The notes under the pieces were generated by a model. The model had not been told where the DNA came from. It saw only the letters and a list, made by a program, of their open reading frames with translations, and did not search any database. This document shows positions 60,401 through 64,000 of a stretch of DNA of 64,000 nucleotides, one piece after another. The DNA is taken from the NCBI RefSeq assembly GCF_000002075.1, contig NW_004797337.1, positions 843,894 through 907,893 on the forward strand, read 5' to 3'. The stretch's first letter is position 1. Every line of letters starts with the position of its first letter. The stretch comes from Aplysia californica. Taxonomy: Eukaryota. A program made the translations under genes and the position numbers.

Positions 60401-62602
60401 CTCTGGTCAGTTCTCATCCATTATCATTAATTCTACCATTCTTTCGTCTTTAGTGCAAGTTCTTAAACCTCACTTGTTTTAAATTTGTGTACCCTTTTGC
60501 AGCTAAGCTTACTGATTTCTTTTCTACTTTTACATTAGAACAAGTATCACTTCTCACTCCCCNNNNNNNNNNNNNNNNNNNNNNNNNNNNNNNNNNNNNN
60601 NNNNNNNNNNNNNNNNNNNNNNNNNNNNNNNNNNNNNNNNNNNNNNNNNNNNNNNNNNNNNNNNNNNNNNNNNNNNNNNNNNNNNNNNNNNNNNNNNNNN
60701 NNNNNNNNNNNNNNNNNNNNNNNNNNNNNNNNNNNNNNNNNNNNNNNNNNNNNNNNNNNNNNNNNNNNNNNNNNNNNNNNNNNNNNNNNNNNNNNNNNNN
60801 NNNNNNNNNNNNNNNNNNNNNNNNNNNNNNNNNNNNNNNNNNNNNNNNNNNNNNNNNNNNNNNNNNNNNNNNNNNNNNNNNNNNNNNNNNNNNNNNNNNN
60901 NNNNNNNNNNNNNNNNNNNNNNNNNNNNNNNNNNNNNNNNNNNNNNNNNNNNNNNNNNNNNNNNNNNNNNNNNNNNNNNNNNNNNNNNNNNNNNNNNNNN
61001 NNNNNNNNNNNNNNNNNNNNNNNNNNNNNNNNNNNNNNNNNNNNNNNNNNNNNNNNNNNNNNNNNNNNNNNNNNNNNNNNNNNNNNNNNNNNNNNNNNNN
61101 NNNNNNNNNNNNNNNNNNNNNNNNNNNNNNNNNNNNNNNNNNNNNNNNNNNNNNNNNNNNNNNNNNNNNNNNNNNNNNNNNNNNNNNNNNNNNNNNNNNN
61201 NNNNNNNNNGTGTGTGTGTGTGTGTGTGTGTGTGCCTTTGCGTGTATTTTTATTAGTTTATTACTTTACAACGATCATTTGCCAACAAATACCATCTTTC
61301 TCTCTCACTCCCTACCAGGGTTCTTGGGCTTACAAGTACTGGAACGTAGAGGAAAACCTGAAGAAAAACCTGGGACGTGCCATGACCTTGTTGAGGGAGA
61401 TCGTGGAAGAGGAACTCAAAGAGATGACAACTGAGGTCAAAGCCCTGTACCAGAACCCCATCACTGTGTGGATGCCAGAGCAAGGAGAGATCCAGGCACA
61501 GCTGGCCCTGCCCTTTGACCTCCAGAGACTGGACCAGGTCCCTGACGTGAGCCCCCTGGTCAACAAGGTGGAGGAGATTGGCCAAGAGGTCGTGACCTAC
61601 TTGCCTGACCACAGCACCTGGGAGGACATCAAGCAGGTGAGGAGAATTCCTGGTTTTCTTGTTATGATCCTTTTTGCCAGTTGTGAATAACCATCGTTGT
61701 GTTATTGTACTTCCATTCTTTATAACTCCAACATTTGACAAGTTTATAAATGTTTCTTAAAAAATCGAGCATCACGAGTATCAAGAGTCCTAACCGCGTA
61801 TCATTTCAACTGTCTATAATCCTACTCCCCCCAAAACTTAAAAAGAGTGACCGGTACGGTATTGAAAAATGTCCATGATTCCAGTAACAAACACTTGGAA
61901 CACTCGATATTTTTATTTAGCTTCAAACTTCCTAATTGTTTTAAACTAAATCCTAACAACACACGTTTGCAACGGTTAACAATTTATGGTTAAACTACTT
62001 TGTTGTGTTGAACAAGACTCCAGCAAGAAACACTTGGGGCGCTCAACAATTTTTCATGTAATGTTAAACTATTCCACTGTATTGAACAAGTTTCTGGCAT
62101 CAAACACCTGGAACAATCAACAATACATCTGAAACTGCTCAAAGGATCACCTGCCCAAGACAATCACCTGTACTAATAAAAGCTTCCTACTCCCTCCCCC
62201 CCACCCTTGCGTTTCTTCTACATTATATTGACACCATCTAAGACATTCACCTCTTTGAGACAACCTCTCTTCTCCTCCTTGACAATGGGCGGCCGACTTG
62301 GACAAAGTCGTTTTTTAATTAGCACTAGACTAATTCATTGTCTTGAAAAAAAAATAAGGCTCTTGTACTCGTGCATGAATGACCCAAACCTATACGTTCT
62401 GTCCGTCTAGACCCAAACAAATCAAAGTTGCTGAAACTAATGACCTGTGTTGTCTCCCCTGTCTCAGACCGTGTCTGGCCTGTGGCCGGTCCAGGAGGAG
62501 GGACAAGTGGAGCCGCTGGGGAAGTACCAAACCTCCAGGCAGTACCGTCAGCTCAAGAGGGGAGGCAGAAAGGTCAACAAGATGAGAAAATACGGGCAGT
62601 AA
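18224..62602 (+). CDS. Large lipid transfer protein (apolipophorin / apoB / dLp-like precursor); multi-exon gene, >=30 exons, ~4,200+ aa
   Basis: Exons with GT-AG boundaries and compatible phases splice into one frame. LLT-module motifs: NFKKGILSSFQN, TDVAGECRTEY, FLDALP, LRAIGNAG, DSELRVAAYLALMRCP, QVGSFVYSHL, KFSRNFE, YGRVFGNE, PTTAGLP, NTPGSKVDR. N-terminal signal peptide. Summed visible exon length ~12.6 kb (includes ~490 N). The 3' end is uncertain. Confidence 0.93.
19657..20099. mobile_element. MITE with ~38-bp TIRs (ATATGTGAGGCAGTGTGGTGGAATCAGGCTCTCGTCAA)
   Basis: Near-perfect inverted termini; further family members at ~17483-17973, ~45099-45320 and ~62750-62935. Confidence 0.85.
20623..24149 (+). 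pseudogene. Sola-type DDD transposase pseudogene, interrupted by a nested insertion
   Basis: Frameshifted or stopped fragments at 20623-21010 and 22860-24149. Confidence 0.78.
21011..22859. mobile_element. Nested non-autonomous TIR element inside the Sola transposase
   Basis: CTGTCCCCAGAG...CTCTGAGGATAG imperfect TIRs; GTTTGT duplicated at 21005-21010 and 22860-22865; subterminal GCAACTTTT repeats. Confidence 0.75.
24890..25375. repeat. (CCT/CTT)n polypyrimidine low-complexity tract
   Basis: Direct reading; contains an N-gap. Confidence 0.9.
27172..27252. repeat. (AAC)n microsatellite
   Basis: Direct reading. Confidence 0.95.
27995..28223 (+). mobile_element. Second copy of the Sola right end
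   Basis: Almost identical to 25508-25735; follows a 100-N gap. Confidence 0.85.
28350..29440 (+). mobile_element. piggyBac (PGBD-type) transposase remnant
   Basis: YIP..P..YGIKIF, PYLGK, GSGRNITSDYF, LTMVGTVRRNK, KG.VDAMDH, KTNRWPL and a degenerate C-terminal Cys cluster; multiple frameshifts and deletions. Confidence 0.85.
30123..30306 (+). CDS. LLTP exon (N-sheet; LRFSFQNG...NFKKGILSSFQN)
   Basis: Polypyrimidine tract plus AG, donor GAG|GTAATG, LLT motif. Confidence 0.88.
31045..31197 (+). CDS. LLTP exon (TDVAGECRTEY)
   Basis: CAG| acceptor, |GTGAGT donor, phase 0-0, conserved E-D-V-x-G-x-C motif. Confidence 0.92.
31852..32050 (+). CDS. LLTP exon (EIQSLPIMK...CTETHVYRPF)
   Basis: CAG| and |GTAAAG, phase 0-1. 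Confidence 0.9.
32457..32653. mobile_element. Palindromic MITE, same family as 2567-2703
   Basis: TACGGGGTGCC...GGCACCCAGTA termini, shared GCGATCGCCCAACTCG core. Confidence 0.7.
32816..33068 (+). CDS. LLTP exon (start of alpha-helical domain)
   Basis: CAG| and |GTAAGT, phase 1-2. Confidence 0.9.
33819..33984 (+). CDS. LLTP exon (KFFLDALP)
   Basis: CAG| and |GTATGA, phase 2-0. Confidence 0.9.
34251..34495 (+). repeat. Intronic minisatellite, ~43-bp unit x ~6
   Basis: TATAGACAAC..AACTCACAGACATGAGTGTAT.AT.TCACTG repeated up to the splice acceptor. Confidence 0.85.
34510..34689 (+). CDS. LLTP exon (SSMVNNYC)
   Basis: CAG| and |GTTAGA, phase 0-0. Confidence 0.88.
35242..35391 (+). CDS. LLTP exon (LRAIGNAG...IRVTAAEAFRRMPC)
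   Basis: CAG| and |GTGAGG, hallmark LLT motif. Confidence 0.92.
35914..36143 (+). CDS. LLTP exon (DSELRVAAYLALMRCP; QVGSFVYSHL)
   Basis: CAG| and |GTGAGT, hallmark LLT motif. Confidence 0.92.
36952..37231 (+). CDS. LLTP exon (KFSRNFE...LFGP)
   Basis: CAG| and |GTATTA, phase 2-0. Confidence 0.9.
37656..37849 (+). CDS. LLTP exon (SVYGRVFGNEM)
   Basis: CAG| and |GTAAAG, phase 0-2. Read by hand; not in the ORF track on +. Confidence 0.88.
38504..38653 (+). CDS. LLTP exon (PTTAGLP)
   Basis: CAG| and |GTTAGT, phase 2-2. Confidence 0.9.
39318..39500 (+). CDS. LLTP exon (SAAVEISGSM)
   Basis: TAG| and |GTATTT, phase 2-2. Confidence 0.88.
40039..40300 (+). CDS. LLTP exon (GMELCG...PYFPLTGP)
   Basis: CAG| and |GTAGGC, phase 2-0. 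Confidence 0.9.
40655..40990 (+). mobile_element. tRNA-derived CORE-type SINE
   Basis: A box TAGCCTAGTGG, B box GGTTCGAATCC, followed by TGTGTCCTTGGGAAAGGCAC...CCCAGGTGGGAATGGGTACC core. Confidence 0.8.
41183..41330 (+). CDS. LLTP exon (NTPGSKVDR...RTPWKK)
   Basis: CAG| and |GTAAGA, phase 0-1. Confidence 0.88.
41943..42203 (+). CDS. LLTP exon
   Basis: CAG| and |GTGAGT, phase 1-1, coding-type composition. Confidence 0.87.
42800..43072 (+). CDS. LLTP exon
   Basis: CAG| and |GTGAGT, phase 1-1. Confidence 0.87.
43648..43885 (+). CDS. LLTP exon
   Basis: TAG| and |GTCAGT, phase 1-2. Confidence 0.86.
44466..44685 (+). CDS. LLTP exon
   Basis: CAG| and |GTGAGT, phase 2-0. Confidence 0.87.
45901..52341 (+). 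CDS. LLTP giant exon (~6.4 kb, ~2,147 codons including N-gap 49339-49825); repeated amphipathic beta-strand 'TP' units
   Basis: CAG|GGC acceptor and CAG|GTAAAT donor; stop-free on both sides of the gap (3.4 kb + 2.5 kb). Confidence 0.9.
53062..53384 (+). CDS. LLTP exon
   Basis: CAG| and |GTAATT, phase 0-2. Confidence 0.88.
53828..54126 (+). CDS. LLTP exon (3' end runs into N-gap)
   Basis: CAG| acceptor, phase 2; open until the gap. Confidence 0.85.
54790..54937 (+). CDS. LLTP exon (FSWDAERD)
   Basis: CAG| and |GTGAGC; the WDA motif echoes AAWDADKD in the giant exon. Confidence 0.85.
55048..55311 (-). mobile_element. tRNA-derived SINE
   Basis: Minus strand: TGGCGGAGCAGTTAG, GGTTCGAGTCT, CAGTCCACCCAGCAGTAATGGGTACCTG, tail CTTTACTTTT. 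Confidence 0.75.
55681..56019 (+). CDS. LLTP exon
   Basis: CAG| and |GTCAGA, phase 0-0. Confidence 0.88.
56519..56684 (+). CDS. LLTP exon
   Basis: CAG| and |GTAGGT, phase 0-1. Confidence 0.86.
57221..57477 (+). CDS. LLTP exon (LLHSHLHWRP)
   Basis: CAG| and |GTAAGG, phase 1-0. Confidence 0.87.
57743..57930 (+). CDS. LLTP exon (amphipathic helical region; MYQRNDF)
   Basis: CAG| and |GTAAGT, phase 0-2; read by hand. Confidence 0.86.
59040..59545 (+). mobile_element. tRNA-derived SINE with Nin/Deu-like central motif
   Basis: B box GGTTCGAATCC (~59092), GCACGTTAAAGATCCC motif, 3' tail GCTCATATGA...GCGAGCGCCGTAAAAC shared with other repeats. Confidence 0.7.
59854..60074 (+). CDS. LLTP exon
   Basis: CAG| and |GTGAGA, phase 1-0; requires a hidden upstream exon. 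Confidence 0.83.
61319..61636 (+). CDS. LLTP exon (YKYWNVEENL...PEQGEIQA)
   Basis: CAG| and |GTGAGG, phase 0-0. Confidence 0.88.
62468..62602 (+). CDS. Last visible LLTP exon (TVSGLWP...RQLKRGGRKVNKMRKYGQ*)
   Basis: CAG| acceptor, phase 0; ends in TAA 62600-62602, or at a weak donor CA|GTAAAA. Confidence 0.7.
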   Translation, partial: TVSGLWPVQEEGQVEPLGKYQTSRQYRQLKRGGRKVNKMRKYGQ

Positions 62603-64000
62603 AAGAAACGCAATCCAGCAACCATGACCAGAAACGTACCACGGATTAACCCGATTATCCTCTTTGTACTTTAGTTACATTATTATTATGTAGAATGTTT
62701 TTGGAAACATTTGGAAGACTTTGTCTGAAACAGGTAAAATTGTAATAACATATGGGTCACGACGCGATGGAATCAGGCTCTCGTTAATTTTGGGGCAAGT
62801 AGAGTTATTGCTATCGTCTTAACGCTTGTTCATTTGTCTTGCTTTGGATGAAAAAAAATATCCATTTATCTCCAATAGAAGTGGAGCTATTTGTGATTGT
62901 GAAAGATGGGGTCGCTGTGTGTTAGGGGGGTAAAANNNNNNNNNNNNNNNNNNNNNNNNNNNNNNNNNNNNNNNNNNNNNNNNNNNNNNNNNNNNNNNNN
63001 NNNNNNNNNNNNNNNNNNNNNNNNNNNNNNNNNNNNNNNNNNNNNNNNNNNNNNNNNNNNNNNNNNNNNNNNNNNNNNNNNNNNNNNNNNNNNNNNNNNN
63101 NNNNNNNNNNNNNNNNNNNNNNNNNNNNNNNNNNNNNNNNNNNNNNNNNNNNNNNNNNNNNNNNNNNNNNNNNNNNNNNNNNNNNNNNNNNNNNNNNNNN
63201 NNNNNNNNNNNNNNNNNNNNNNNNNNNNNNNNNNNNNNNNNNNNNNNNNNNNNNNNNNNNNNNNNNNNNNNNNNNNNNNNNNNNNNNNNNNNNNNNNNNN
63301 NNNNNNNNNNNNNNNNNNNNNNNNNNNNNNNNNNNNNNNNNNNNNNNNNNNNNNNNNNNNNNNNNNNNNNNNNNNNNNNNNNNNNNNNNNNNNNNNNNNN
63401 NNNNNNNNNNNNNNNNNNNNNNNNNNNNNNNNNNNNNNNNNNNNNNNNNNNNNNNNNNNNNNNNNNNNNNNNNNNNNNNNNNNNNNNNNNNNNNNNNNNN
63501 NNNNNNNNNNNNNNNNNNNNNNNNNNNNNNNNNNNNNNNNNNNNNNNNNNNNNNNNNNNNNNNNNNGGGAGGGGGTGGAAGGGGGTGTGGAAGGGGGGAG
63601 GGGTTGGCTCTGTAACTGTTCTGAACTGTATCAAACAACACATTTACGATCATTTTGGAGGCTTGAATCTGCTTTTGAACTAGGGCTAAGCAAGACTGGC
63701 AACCCTTAAGATAAACGGAGATGCTCGATAAAAAAACCTAGTCTTCACGATAAGAAAATTGAATTCACGCCCTTGGCGTGGAATGGCGAAGAGCTTACTC
63801 ATTACGCCACAGACGCCATTGCTCTCTACTAACTGTGCAGCATAGATTTGAATATCCCCCTCCCCCTTCGTGACTGAAGTGTCTTTAGGCCGTTCCCGAA
63901 GGAGGTAGAATTGTAAACGGGCTGATTCAAATATGTCATGCTCATATCTGTCTCTGAACTGCAACAGGGAACTGCAGCCTTTTCTTTCCTAATCTTTGCT

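Noticed and set aside
11254-63709. Long ORF-track entries composed of X residues
   Set aside because: Artefacts of translating N-gaps; only the gap inside the giant exon is flanked by real coding sequence on both sides

Overview
Eukaryotic genomic DNA: an AT-rich, gap-containing draft scaffold of an invertebrate. The repeat content suggests a mollusc or other lophotrochozoan, which is inference only. The main feature is one very large + strand gene (TATA/Inr promoter ~18100-18135, ATG 18224, at least 30 visible GT-AG exons to ~62602) encoding a secreted large lipid transfer protein of the apolipophorin/apoB/vitellogenin superfamily, about 4,200 codons or more. It contains a ~6.4-kb giant exon made of hierarchical 'TP' beta-strand repeats, and it lacks an evident furin site at the usual apoLp-II/I position. 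At least two exon sets are missing and probably lie in N-gaps. Upstream (3318-8839) is a decayed APE-RT-RNaseH LINE joined through its (AAC)n tail to a 5'-truncated LINE of a second family, and the whole composite is bounded by one 9-bp target-site duplication. The first intron region holds a TIR/TSD-delimited Sola1-like transposon split by a nested element, a piggyBac remnant and MITEs. Several MITE and tRNA-derived SINE families recur across the window. No CRISPR, rRNA or convincing functional tRNA genes were seen.
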